Source of the DNA: a virus
Taxonomy: Duplodnaviria; Heunggongvirae; Uroviricota; Caudoviricetes
Strand: one strand, 5' to 3'
DNA: 64,000 nt
IMG/VR virus record: IMGVR_UViG_2974574300_000001
Span: 20,420-84,419 of that record
Part shown: positions 52,224-61,156 of the stretch, in pieces
How positions within the stretch are numbered: position 1 is the stretch's first letter
Layout: each line of letters starts with the position of its first letter
Program-made: the position numbers and the translations under genes
The notes under the pieces: model-generated
Told to the model about the DNA's origin: nothing
The model's input: the letters and a program-made list of their open reading frames with translations, nothing else
Databases searched by the model: none

Positions 52224-52514
52224 ATGGCTATTATCAAAAACGTTGTAATTCCTGCAAAAACTCGTGATGACGCTCGCATCATGGCGAAAAAGTTAGGCGG
52301 GAAAGTGGTTGACAATGGGAAACAATCTGCTGTAAGGTGGGGCGTGAAGGTTGATAAACAGTTGAAGTTAAAAAATTCACCAATAAACCTTTTTACATGT
52401 GTAAACACTATCGGGAAGACAAATGTATACACGAAAAAGGCATATATTAGACGCGTAGCCTTAACATCTCCCATTCGTACAATGAGAAGCTATGCAAAGC
52501 TAAAAATTAACTGA
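52224..52514 (+). CDS. small early-type protein
   Basis: 96 aa from ATG at 52224 (track 52209 trimmed). Confidence 0.4.
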   Translation: MAIIKNVVIPAKTRDDARIMAKKLGGKVVDNGKQSAVRWGVKVDKQLKLKNSPINLFTCVNTIGKTNVYTKKAYIRRVALTSPIRTMRSYAKLKIN

Positions 52515-52601
52515 TAAAGTACTTTACAGGGGGCTTAAAAGTTGATATCTTAAGCCCCAGATAAAGAGCTTTACCACTAAATCCTAAATTGGAGATTCAA
52601 A
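52515..52601 (+). promoter_or_regulatory. cassette A copy 3
   Basis: ctttacagggggcttaaaagttgatatcttaagccccagataaagagctttaccactaaatcctaaattggag. Confidence 0.5.
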
Positions 52602-53114
52602 ATGAAAAATGTAGACGCTACCTTTGAAGTTGTAAAAGAAAAATTTTCCATCATCTACGAAGCGGTAAATTGCTATGAAGCAAGCCATAATCTTGATAAT
52701 TGGAAGTTTACAGATGACCATCAAGGCGGCGTGACTGTTAAAAATCCTAACTGTCAGTATAATGAATTTAAATATGCAATCCCTTTGCATTACAGCCTTA
52801 AACAGCTTTCAAGTGACTATGCAAAACAAGGCCGGGAAAATCCATCAAAAGATGCTTACATTAGCTTACAGAAAGAATTAGAAAGAGATTTAGAGGCTTC
52901 AGAATACGACCTTGCCGCGAAAGTTGTCGATGCAAATGGCAACACGGTTTTAGAGAGTTTTTATCTAGGATATGCCTTTGACTGGTGCTATAGTGACGGT
53001 GATGATTTAGAGGAAAGACTAAAAGAAGAGGTGAGCAATTCAGACGCAGAAACTGAAGTATTAGAACGTTTGGAATCATTAAAAGACTCAGTGATGAATA
53101 TCTTTAAGAACTAA
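52602..53114 (+). CDS. small early-type protein, acidic
   Basis: 170 aa ORF directly after cassette A copy 3. Confidence 0.4.
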   Translation: MKNVDATFEVVKEKFSIIYEAVNCYEASHNLDNWKFTDDHQGGVTVKNPNCQYNEFKYAIPLHYSLKQLSSDYAKQGRENPSKDAYISLQKELERDLEASEYDLAAKVVDANGNTVLESFYLGYAFDWCYSDGDDLEERLKEEVSNSDAETEVLERLESLKDSVMNIFKN

Positions 53115-53200
53115 AGAGATTTCTTTACACGGGGTTATCAAGCTGATAAGATAGCCCCAGATAAAGAGATTTATCAACTGTCCTAAACTGGAGATTCAAA
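53115..53200 (+). promoter_or_regulatory. cassette A copy 4 (diverged)
   Basis: ctttacacggggttatcaagctgataagatagccccagataaagagatttatcaactgtcctaaactggag. Confidence 0.45.
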
Positions 53201-53497
53201 ATGAAATTATCAAATAAAGTTCGTGAAAATCTAAGCAAGTTACTAAACAAAATTGATTTCATTGAAACATCAAGGAATAATCATGATGTTATGGAATGGT
53301 TACATGGAAAAATAAAAGGCCGTCGTGTAGTGATTTGCTTATGGAATAGTTGCAGGGAGTATAAAAAACCTGTATTGCAAGTCAATATTTATGATGACAC
53401 TTTTAAAAGTCCAGTAAAGTCTAAAAGCGATTTATTAGAATCCTATGAGATAACTGTAAATGGCAAAGTATCACGTAAAGAGGAAACACCATGTTAA
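53201..53497 (+). CDS. small early-type protein
   Basis: 98 aa ORF after cassette A copy 4. Confidence 0.4.
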   Translation: MKLSNKVRENLSKLLNKIDFIETSRNNHDVMEWLHGKIKGRRVVICLWNSCREYKKPVLQVNIYDDTFKSPVKSKSDLLESYEITVNGKVSRKEETPC

Positions 53498-53823
53498 TGA
53501 CTGGTATCACTGCAATCATTGCCATTTTCGCGCTATATAAGGCATATAAAGCCTATAATCTAGCAAATAAGGCAATCACGCAACAGGTTAGCAATAGCCT
53601 TGTAGAGAGCTTTCTAGAGCGCCTCAGTGATGAGCAAATAAAGCGGCTAGAGATGAGCTTCAGATATAAAGCGAAAACCTATCAGATAAGTGACATCTTC
53701 AAAGATGATTTTCAGTTAGTCGATGATTATAATTCACTGATAAATGCTTTAAATATCAGTGACTTAAAAGACTACTACGCTGTAATTGTTCAAGAATTGA
53801 GCAAACGAAAACAAAGTGTTTGA
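53491..53823 (+). CDS. small early-type protein
   Basis: 110 aa; start overlaps upstream stop; hydrophobic N-terminus. Confidence 0.4.
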   Translation: MLMTGITAIIAIFALYKAYKAYNLANKAITQQVSNSLVESFLERLSDEQIKRLEMSFRYKAKTYQISDIFKDDFQLVDDYNSLINALNISDLKDYYAVIVQELSKRKQSV

Positions 53824-53913
53824 CACTGGTTTTTAGATAGATTAAATTACACATCAACGGGGAGGGAATGACCTTCCCCACTAAATAAAGTCCTTAAACT
53901 AGGAGAGTCTAAA
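53820..53913 (+). promoter_or_regulatory. cassette B copy 1: sigma70-like promoter, leader stem-loop, RBS
   Basis: ttgaca-ctggtttttagatagat-taaatt, then ggggagggaatgaccttcccc hairpin and aggag before ATG 53914. Confidence 0.55.
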
Positions 53914-54186
53914 ATGTATACTACTAACAATGGTCGTACTTTAAATGTAACTTTACGTCACTATGTAGACGGTGTAATGCACTTTGAGGATTTACGGGCT
54001 GAACAACATATCTTAGATTGGCAAGTAGCAGGACTCCAAAAAACTGCTACGGGATACGGTAAAAAGATTCCAACCAGTTGGAAAGTACACTACGAAGGAC
54101 GTTTGCGCAGAATTTATCAAGATGTATGTAGTAATAGTGCATCAAGTTACATCATAGTAAAAGGTAAAAAGCTGCATTTAGTATAA
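53914..54186 (+). CDS. small early-type protein
   Basis: 90 aa ORF after cassette B. Confidence 0.4.
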   Translation: MYTTNNGRTLNVTLRHYVDGVMHFEDLRAEQHILDWQVAGLQKTATGYGKKIPTSWKVHYEGRLRRIYQDVCSNSASSYIIVKGKKLHLV

Positions 54187-54271
54187 AGTACTTTACAAGG
54201 GGCTTAAAAGTCTGTAAAGTAAGCCCCAGATAAAGAGCTTTACCACTAAATCCTAAATTGGAGATTCTAAA
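54187..54271 (+). promoter_or_regulatory. cassette A copy 5
   Basis: ctttacaaggggcttaaaagtctgtaaagtaagccccagataaagagctttaccactaaatcctaaattggag. Confidence 0.5.
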
Positions 54272-54676
54272 ATGGCTATTAACAACCGTGAATTAGCAAT
54301 CTTAAAAGCACGTTTGACCGTTAACCGGATTAATGTTATTACGTCATCAGCACCGGATGAAACATTGCATAACATTATTGGGAAGATTCAAAGTGTTATC
54401 TTAGACGTTGAAAATGTAAAAAGCTCATTGGCTGACGTTGCAGCAGGTATCACGCTAGACGGCGCACAATATGAAATGTCCGACATGTTAGGCAAATCAA
54501 AGGTAATGAATAAAGAATTAGACTTGAAAATGTTTCGATTTGCTGTCAAAGTGTGGCTATCTGTCGAGTATGACGCTAATTTTGCAATCGCTGATTTCTT
54601 TGCCACTTGGTTACAACGTAATTTGACAAATCACGATTTTCGTGATGTCTGTGATGCAATTTATGCAGAACTCTAA
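54272..54676 (+). CDS. small early-type protein
   Basis: 134 aa ORF after cassette A copy 5. Confidence 0.4.
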   Translation: MAINNRELAILKARLTVNRINVITSSAPDETLHNIIGKIQSVILDVENVKSSLADVAAGITLDGAQYEMSDMLGKSKVMNKELDLKMFRFAVKVWLSVEYDANFAIADFFATWLQRNLTNHDFRDVCDAIYAEL

Positions 54677-54684
54677 AAATTTTG

Positions 54685-54779
54685 TTGACACTGGTTTTTA
54701 TATAGATTAAATTACTAATCAACGGGGAGGGAATGACCTTCCCTACTAAATAAAGTCCTTAAACTAGGAGATTCTAAAA
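54685..54779 (+). promoter_or_regulatory. cassette B copy 2: promoter, leader stem-loop, RBS
   Basis: ttgaca-ctggtttttatatagat-taaatt, then ggggagggaatgaccttccc hairpin and aggag. Confidence 0.55.
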
Positions 54780-55127
54780 ATGGCTTATGTAACCGTAATT
54801 ACTGATAAAGCTGGCGCATCTTGGTCAACTCAGGTTAGTGATAAGATGTCACCTATGCAGTGTCTAAAATACTTTGAGCAATGGAATAAAGGCGAAGATG
54901 TAAGCCCCTTTCAAGTGATGCAGGTTATCCATGTAGATAACGAAGGGAATAAAACGACCTTAAATAGTGAGTACTACGCAAGCCGTTTTGAAACGAGAAG
55001 TAAAGCAATGAAGCTCTTACGTGAGGCCGGATATGGTCACATTGCCGCGATAATCTGGGATGACCTTCTAAAAAGTCAACGTATCAGCTATGTAAAACCT
55101 GAAAAATATTCATCAGTTAATCAATAA
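54780..55127 (+). CDS. small early-type protein
   Basis: 115 aa ORF after cassette B copy 2. Confidence 0.4.
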   Translation: MAYVTVITDKAGASWSTQVSDKMSPMQCLKYFEQWNKGEDVSPFQVMQVIHVDNEGNKTTLNSEYYASRFETRSKAMKLLREAGYGHIAAIIWDDLLKSQRISYVKPEKYSSVNQ

Positions 55128-55152
55128 CTTACAAAAAACTTTTAAAAAATTG

Positions 55153-55343
55153 TTGACAATACCCCTTGACATTGGTAACTTTGTTCGAGGGGGTTTATCT
55201 AAAAGGGATTCACTTAAAAGATTCTTTATAGATAAGCTTAAAAAATTGCTTGCAATCAGCTATCAAAAATCTGTAAATTACTAATCAACGGGGAGGCGAT
55301 AACCTCCCCACTAAATAAAACCCTTAAACTAGGAGATTCTAAA
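55153..55343 (+). promoter_or_regulatory. cassette B copy 3 (extended): tandem ttgaca boxes, then B-type -10/stem-loop/RBS
   Basis: ttgacaataccccttgacattgg; later ttgcaa-N18-taaatt, ggggaggcgataacctcccc hairpin, aggag before ATG 55344. Confidence 0.45.
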
Positions 55344-55592
55344 ATGGCTACTATCCGCGCAACTGTTAACGAATTTGGCTTCTACTCTCTGGATGTTAAA
55401 TTTGACATTGCAGGCACTGATAACGCCTTTGAAATGGTGAAAGGCCTTATCAGTCAGACCATCAAAGATTATAATCCTTCGGATGAGTTCTGGGAGGAAA
55501 CAAAACAAGAAGTTCTCAAGGATGGCTATACTTATCACTATTGGGGAGAAAAAATCGTCTCCCTGTACTACAATAAACAAGATTATAACTAA
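55344..55592 (+). CDS. small early-type protein
   Basis: 82 aa ORF, last of the cassette-framed array. Confidence 0.4.
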   Translation: MATIRATVNEFGFYSLDVKFDIAGTDNAFEMVKGLISQTIKDYNPSDEFWEETKQEVLKDGYTYHYWGEKIVSLYYNKQDYN

Positions 55593-55612
55593 ATAGCCCC
55601 AGATACCTTTAC

Positions 55613-55637
55613 AGCCCCTTCATAGGGGCTTTTTTAC
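55613..55637 (+). terminator. rho-independent terminator ending the small-ORF array
   Basis: agcccct-tcat-aggggct followed by tttttt. Confidence 0.6.
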
Positions 55638-55978
55638 GTCTATCGAATCTTTATACAATCCCTTTTCCTCGCCTTTCTAGAATCTTACTAGACCTTAAAA
55701 AGCAATAACTCTATAGCCTACTCTATAGCCTTTTATCAAATCAACTTAAATATAAGCCATAACCCGAAAGGGAAGGGCAACCACTAAAACGCTCTATAAC
55801 GCTCTATAACAGCCTTATCAACCTAACTTAAGCAATCATATTAACCCACCCTAAAAAGCCCTTTATAAAGCTTCTTAGAGCCTTAAAAGAATCTTATAAG
55901 GGTGTAAGCTTTATTATCTCGTTAGTTATCTTGTGAACTACTAAAAAGGGCTTGGTAGCTCCTTTAAAGTATGTTATA

Positions 55979-56133
55979 GGGGCTATGAAGTTACTTCAAA
56001 GTAACGTAAAAGGGGCTTAAAAGTTACTTCAAAGTAACGTAAAAGGGGCTATGAAGTTACTTCAAAGTAACGTAAAAGGGGCTTAAAAGTTACTTCAAAG
56101 TAACGTAAAAGAGGTTATAAAGTTACGTAAATG
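55979..56133. repeat. tandem array of a 33 bp unit (4 full copies plus a partial), each with a short palindrome
   Basis: ggggct(atgaa/taaaa)gttacttcaaagtaacgtaaaa repeated; internal inverted repeat gttac-ttcaaa-gtaac. Confidence 0.7.
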
Positions 56134-56141
56134 CTAGCCCC

Positions 56142-56193
56142 CTTAACATTTTCTTAACATTTTCTTAACATTTTCTTAACATTTTCTTAACAA
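56142..56193. repeat. 11 bp tandem repeat, about 4.7 copies
   Basis: cttaacatttt repeated head-to-tail. Confidence 0.7.
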
Positions 56194-56222
56194 ATCCTAC
56201 ATAGTTATGCTTTTAAGCAACT

Positions 56223-56752
56223 TGTTAGCCCCTTGTTAAATCTCTGTTAAGACCACGTAAAAGCCTTGTAAGAGTCTTTGACATAGCCTTAAAAGCCCCT
56301 GTAAAGCCCTATAAAGAGCTATCCGTACAGTTGAGGGGTAAATACTAGGAAGAGACTTAAAAGAGCCTATAAAGAGCTATAGAGGGCTTTTAAGAGGTAT
56401 GTTTAAGGAATCACTAAGAAAGGAAAGGGAACGATAAGAAAGAAGAGTTGTGTTTGTAAACAACCACTGTGACCATGTTAATAGCTTGTTAAAAAGATTA
56501 AACACTTGTTAGGAACTTGTTAATTATCTTAACAAAATAACTCTTTAAAATTAACTAATTAACTCTTGTTAGTCATCTGTTAAGCCTCTGTAAAGACTAT
56601 GTATCAACTGTTAAGAAACTGTTACACCCTTGTTAGTTCTGTTAAGAATCTGTTAAGACCTTTGAAGAGTTGTTAAGAAGATGTGAGAACTGTTAAGAGA
56701 TTGTTAAGGATATTTTAAAATTCTGCAAAGGGGGTGTTAAGGGGCTGTTAAG
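56223..56752. repeat. cluster of TGTTAAG / TGTTAG heptamers (iteron-like), many phased about 11 bp apart
   Basis: at least 17 copies; spacings of 11, 11, 9, 11 and 20, 20, 11 nt between successive copies in 56609-56752. Confidence 0.6.
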
Positions 56753-57125
56753 GGCTACCAAGCAGATATACATCCTCTACAGATATTTTTCAGTTCCTTC
56801 AAAGACCCTAAAAAATGACTTGATAGTCCTATTTTATAAAAATTTTAAAATTCTGAATAATTACCTATACAGTCTTTCTAAAATACAGGTGATAACAGGC
56901 TTATAAGATACCTTGTTAGTACCGTGTTAGACCTTGTGAGATAAGGTCTGTAAAGATATTCCTGTTAAGTTTGTTAAAACAGTCTATATAGAGGCTTAGT
57001 AATACCGAGTGAACACCTATAGAGGGTCACATAGCTAACCTAATGGGTTACTGTTAAGTAACACAGATAACCCAGAGATTAAGAGGTGTATAGGAGCTTC
57101 TAAGAGGGTATAGAGAGGTGGTTAA

Positions 57126-57167
57126 GGTGATTGTATAGGTTGTTAAGGTGATTGTATAGGTTGTTAA
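57126..57167. repeat. perfect 21 bp direct tandem repeat
   Basis: ggtgattgtataggttgttaa x2, flanked by more gttaag motifs. Confidence 0.7.
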
Positions 57168-57363
57168 GATGGCTTGTTAGAGGGCTAGTTAGAAGGGTTA
57201 TACAGAGGGCTATTAAGACCACTAGATAGTTACTAAGATACTATATAGTACTATATAACTATATAGAGAGTAAGATTAAGAAGGTTGTTAAGAAGGATAG
57301 ATATTTTGTTCACATATGATGGTGACCCAGAGGTTGGGACAACCGATAAAATTTTATAAAAAT

Positions 57364-57392
57364 TAAAAAGCCCCCAATTAAGGAGGCTCTTA
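57364..57392 (-). terminator. rho-independent terminator for the minus-strand cluster
   Basis: minus strand reads agcctcc-ttaatt-gggggct followed by ttttaattttt. Confidence 0.5.
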
Positions 57393-57399
57393 AGATATT

Positions 57400-57951
57400 T
57401 TAAATCAGTGTTTCCAGAACTGTTTTTAATGATGACTTGGTTGTCTGATAAAAATGAGTGAATCCATTGTTGTTATCAAATATCTGCATCATAACAGCAT
57501 CTCCCTTGATTGGGTACACTCGGATATCATAGTGAAACCCATTAAAGACACAAGACCCATTACAGAATGCACTAAAGTCATCCACTGAGATATACTCTTC
57601 ATGACCTGTGATTTTTATACAGACACCTTTACTTGGTCTCTTAGGGTTGATATCTTCCATCACAGACATACTCTGTCCACCAAGAGATACCATCGTGACC
57701 ACTTTACGGTTCTTCTGTTTAAAGTACATTTTAACTTTCTGTAAAGTGTCTTCATAGAACGGATAAGACTTTTCTACAAAGATTCCTTCAAGTGGCTCTT
57801 TACCATTTCTAACTTCTCTGATATGTCGTACTGAGAAAATAAGTTGCTCTAGTATGTCAAGACTTTCTTTGGAGAGTGCTTCTCGAACATCACTCCAATC
57901 AAGAACTAGGTAGTTACCTTCAACTTCTTTTACATCCATAAGCTCTTTCAT
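57400..57951 (-). CDS. hypothetical protein
   Basis: 183 aa ORF; no confident motif. Confidence 0.4.
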   Translation of the reverse strand: MKELMDVKEVEGNYLVLDWSDVREALSKESLDILEQLIFSVRHIREVRNGKEPLEGIFVEKSYPFYEDTLQKVKMYFKQKNRKVVTMVSLGGQSMSVMEDINPKRPSKGVCIKITGHEEYISVDDFSAFCNGSCVFNGFHYDIRVYPIKGDAVMMQIFDNNNGFTHFYQTTKSSLKTVLETLI

Positions 57952-58005
57952 TCCGCTACCTTCTAAGTTTCTATAAAGGGGCTATCAAGTAACCCCCTCA
58001 AGTTA

Positions 58006-58230
58006 CTACTCAGACTTTTCAGTCTTCTTATCGGATTTCTTACTAGTCTTCTTCTCAGCTTTCTGCTCAGGTTCCTTCTCAGAAGTTGCCTTGATAACCA
58101 TATCAAGAAGTTCTGATAAGTCACTCTTCAGAAGTGTTACAGGCTGCTCATTATAGAAGTTTTTGTCAAGATAAACTTTAAACTCTTCTATAGAAGGAAA
58201 TCCAAAAATTGGTACAGGTGTCTTAATCAT
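58006..58230 (-). CDS. small acidic/basic-tailed protein
   Basis: 74 aa; C-terminal Lys/Glu/Ser-rich tail. Confidence 0.3.
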   Translation of the reverse strand: MIKTPVPIFGFPSIEEFKVYLDKNFYNEQPVTLLKSDLSELLDMVIKATSEKEPEQKAEKKTSKKSDKKTEKSE

Positions 58231-58306
58231 TACTTAGTCTCTCCATAGGCATCTTTTAAGATTGCCTTGTTAATCATTTCAGCGATTGCAAAACGAACAC
58301 ATACAG

Positions 58307-58840
58307 CTATAATTGTAGGTTGCATTCTTTACTTACCTCTTCAAGTTTAACCTCAGAGTCCTTAAGTCGTTTCTTATGAACTCTGAACCTCATTAGTGAG
58401 ATGATGATACCAGCTAAAGGAACAGCATACAAGTACCAAATATCGTGTATCTTTGTAGTAATCTGTGTAATTGTCAAATCTTGAGCTGTGTAGCTGATTA
58501 CTGATACTGCCAGTAACGTTGCTAAGAAGAATGCTAGTACCATAATAATACTCAGGCATCCTCTGGCATGGTGTTCATGCTTAATGCACTTATTCTTTTC
58601 GTCAACGACCCTGTTGTAGTCATTTGTAAAGTCTCTGTAGAAAGCTTTCAAGTATTCTTGAGTGTAGCCTTCAAAGCAACCTGTACCATACCAATAATCA
58701 CCACCAAAATGTGCGATGATACCAGTATCTCCATTTGGTTTCGTCACTCTTAAAGAAGTGTGATGGCGAGTATCCTGAAAATCTATCTTGTATCTTTCTT
58801 CGTAAATCATTTTCCAACCCCTCTCAATCGTTTGTTCCAT
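58307..58840 (-). CDS. membrane protein
   Basis: 177 aa with two hydrophobic segments. Confidence 0.4.
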   Translation of the reverse strand: MEQTIERGWKMIYEERYKIDFQDTRHHTSLRVTKPNGDTGIIAHFGGDYWYGTGCFEGYTQEYLKAFYRDFTNDYNRVVDEKNKCIKHEHHARGCLSIIMVLAFFLATLLAVSVISYTAQDLTITQITTKIHDIWYLYAVPLAGIIISLMRFRVHKKRLKDSEVKLEEVSKECNLQL

Positions 58841-59025
58841 TCAAGGCCAACAAATCTTTGCAGAACTTTCCCTCTAGGTGTTACGCCTTTTAAATCTGCA
58901 TCATAGCAATGGTAAAAATCACCTTCAGCGTGCTTACCATAGCATTTTCTGATATTCTGGCTTCTGCGATACTGTTCTAACAGGGAAAGTTTGTAGTAAT
59001 CTTCAACTGTAGTTAACTTTTTCAT
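58807..59025 (-). CDS. hypothetical protein
   Basis: 72 aa ORF. Confidence 0.3.
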   Translation of the reverse strand: MKKLTTVEDYYKLSLLEQYRRSQNIRKCYGKHAEGDFYHCYDADLKGVTPRGKVLQRFVGLEWNKRLRGVGK

Positions 59026-59108
59026 TCTTTTACCATGTCTCTTATCTAGAAACTAAAAAGGGAACTACCTCTCGATAGCTCCCATCATAAGCAGTTTTGT
59101 ATACTCGG

Positions 59109-59690
59109 TCAAGAGTATTTTTTAGGCAGTAATGCACTGCGCTTGTTACTCTCTTCACTCAATAGTGCGATAAAATCATCACTTTTACCTTTCCACGGGC
59201 TGAATGAAGGGATATGTTCGCGGATAGCCTCAATCACTGTTTTAAGTGCTGTGTTCTTCATCCACCAATCAGAATCTGCTGATGCTACCACGTAGTATCC
59301 ACCGTCATCAGTTAAAATTGGCTCTGAAATACATGGTGAAATCAAAGTGGTGATAATTGAACCGTTGTTCATGTAGTATGTACGCTTCATAACCTTTTCA
59401 AGAAGCTTGTGAAGGTCACCAAACAGTGTTACAAGTTCTTTATGGTCAATATCTTTTTCGAGACTAGCTCGATACTTCAAAAGTGCAGCATCAACTTCTC
59501 TGTCATTAAACTTGAAGTACTGGACTTCATCAACAAGGCAAACACTGATATTGTTAACGTTCATAGTCAACTTGCAAACTTTTACAGGAGAATTGATGTT
59601 TGGTTGAAAAAGTGCAACACACCCTTCAATATTTCCAAAGTGTTGTACAAGTGTTACTTGTGGAATGATATCCTGTTGCTCTTCGGACAT
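59109..59690 (-). CDS. hypothetical protein
   Basis: 193 aa ORF. Confidence 0.4.
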   Translation of the reverse strand: MSEEQQDIIPQVTLVQHFGNIEGCVALFQPNINSPVKVCKLTMNVNNISVCLVDEVQYFKFNDREVDAALLKYRASLEKDIDHKELVTLFGDLHKLLEKVMKRTYYMNNGSIITTLISPCISEPILTDDGGYYVVASADSDWWMKNTALKTVIEAIREHIPSFSPWKGKSDDFIALLSEESNKRSALLPKKYS

Positions 59691-60034
59691 TACAGTTTCC
59701 TCATTAAATACTTTTTAAGTTGTGTGTTAGGTTTCTCAAAAACTTCTATAGAAGATATCTTGACAGATTCACCACGCATACCAGTATGTTTGAATATGTA
59801 ATACTCTAGCATCCCTATGTACTTTGCTGGTAAATCATATTTGACATACACCGTCACAGAATCTTCAAATTCAACGACCTTCGTACCATCTTTGTAGTTG
59901 AACTCTTTAGGATGGTTGTAGTTGTCTATGTCATACATTAAAAAGAGTCTTTTACGTTGTAAGTCAAGCTTATTTGTTAAAGACTCTTTGATATCTGAGA
60001 AGTTTTTGTACACTGTGACATGGAGCTTACTCAT
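59690..60034 (-). CDS. hypothetical protein
   Basis: 114 aa ORF, coupled to neighbours. Confidence 0.35.
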   Translation of the reverse strand: MSKLHVTVYKNFSDIKESLTNKLDLQRKRLFLMYDIDNYNHPKEFNYKDGTKVVEFEDSVTVYVKYDLPAKYIGMLEYYIFKHTGMRGESVKISSIEVFEKPNTQLKKYLMRKL

Positions 60035-60320
60035 CGTTAAACTCTCTGACGAAGAAATAGTTGACTTTGTTATTGCCTACCATAAGGTCAAAACAGGTAT
60101 TCTCAAAAGGTTTGTTGTAGGCATCATAAGAAGTATATGTATCAGCTACTTGTTTAGTATTGAGCTTTTTACTTGATGGGTTTAAGAGGCCACCATACAG
60201 TTTCTTGATAGCCTCTTCTACAACAGACCAGATAATTTCGTCAGTAATTTCTTCGTACAGGTCAAGTTCACGCTCTAGTGAGAAGTCACAAATAGGGAAA
60301 ACAACCTGTACTTTACTCAT
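60027..60320 (-). CDS. hypothetical protein
   Basis: 97 aa ORF. Confidence 0.35.
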   Translation of the reverse strand: MSKVQVVFPICDFSLERELDLYEEITDEIIWSVVEEAIKKLYGGLLNPSSKKLNTKQVADTYTSYDAYNKPFENTCFDLMVGNNKVNYFFVREFNDE

Positions 60321-60715
60321 TAACGAATAACCTGTGAGACTTGAATTGCTTCGGTTACTGACAAGTCACCTACTTTCTCTTCTTTGATAAAAGTGAAGGT
60401 AAGTTCAACGGGTTCTTGCTCTTCTTGCTCAACTGGAATACCGTTAAGCTCATCAAAGATTGCTTGAGTAGTCCAGTCTTCCCCACCATCTGGGTAGTGG
60501 ATTGCATAAAGAGGTAACTCTAAATTATAACAAGCAAAAACAGGACAACCATCTACATCATCTCGACATCTGTGTAGACATGTGTTTGTGCATTCAAAAT
60601 GTAAATGAAGATTACCATTCTTCTCATAGAGAATCGCATCTCGCAGGTCTAATTCTTCATCTCCACTGTAACGGCTAACATCGACTTTAACTTTAATCTG
60701 ACTGATATTATTCAT
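60320..60715 (-). CDS. hypothetical protein with Cys/His cluster
   Basis: 131 aa; HLHFECTNTCLHRCRDDVDGCPVFAC. Confidence 0.35.
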   Translation of the reverse strand: MNNISQIKVKVDVSRYSGDEELDLRDAILYEKNGNLHLHFECTNTCLHRCRDDVDGCPVFACYNLELPLYAIHYPDGGEDWTTQAIFDELNGIPVEQEEQEPVELTFTFIKEEKVGDLSVTEAIQVSQVIR

Positions 60716-61106
60716 AAAAACCTCTCTCTGCTTGTTCGATTTTTGCTCTTAAAGTTTCGCAATGCTGTAAATGGTAGTTAGCTTCTTGTTCATGTGTTGC
60801 TAACTGCCTTTCCAGAACAGTTTTATAATAACTTGCAAGTTGCTCTTTTGTCAATGGGTGCTCTGAAATAATATCAAGTCCACTTTCACCAAGAGGGTTG
60901 AATTGTCCATGTTCGTTGACATTGTAAGTCTCAAACTTGAACAGGCCATTGTTCACAGACTCAATAGGTGACAGTTCAACAAGCTCTACAGTAAACCGTG
61001 TATATACCTTGTCACCTCTTGAAACCACATTGTTCCCGACAATGCGTACAAGCGAGCCATTACGAGTGTACTTAAAAGTTCCAAAGTCACTAGCCCAAAG
61101 TTTCAT
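60708..61106 (-). CDS. hypothetical protein
   Basis: 132 aa ORF. Confidence 0.35.
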   Translation of the reverse strand: MKLWASDFGTFKYTRNGSLVRIVGNNVVSRGDKVYTRFTVELVELSPIESVNNGLFKFETYNVNEHGQFNPLGESGLDIISEHPLTKEQLASYYKTVLERQLATHEQEANYHLQHCETLRAKIEQAERGFYE

Positions 61107-61119
61107 AGTTTTCTCCTTA

Positions 61120-61146
61120 GAAAATAAAAAGGCTCCCGAAGGAGCC
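61120..61146 (-). terminator. rho-independent terminator downstream of the endolysin
   Basis: minus strand reads ggctcc-ttcg-ggagcc followed by tttttatttt. Confidence 0.6.
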
Positions 61147-61156
61147 TATGAAGATA

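Noticed and set aside
55979-56193. Possible CRISPR array suggested by the regularly spaced repeats
   Set aside because: The repeats are head-to-tail tandem copies (33 bp and 11 bp units) with no unique spacers between them, and no cas genes are nearby
57400-57951. Possible metallophosphatase, from a GHEE-like motif (KITGHEEY)
   Set aside because: The other phosphoesterase signature motifs (GDxHG, GDxxDRG) are not evident; left as hypothetical
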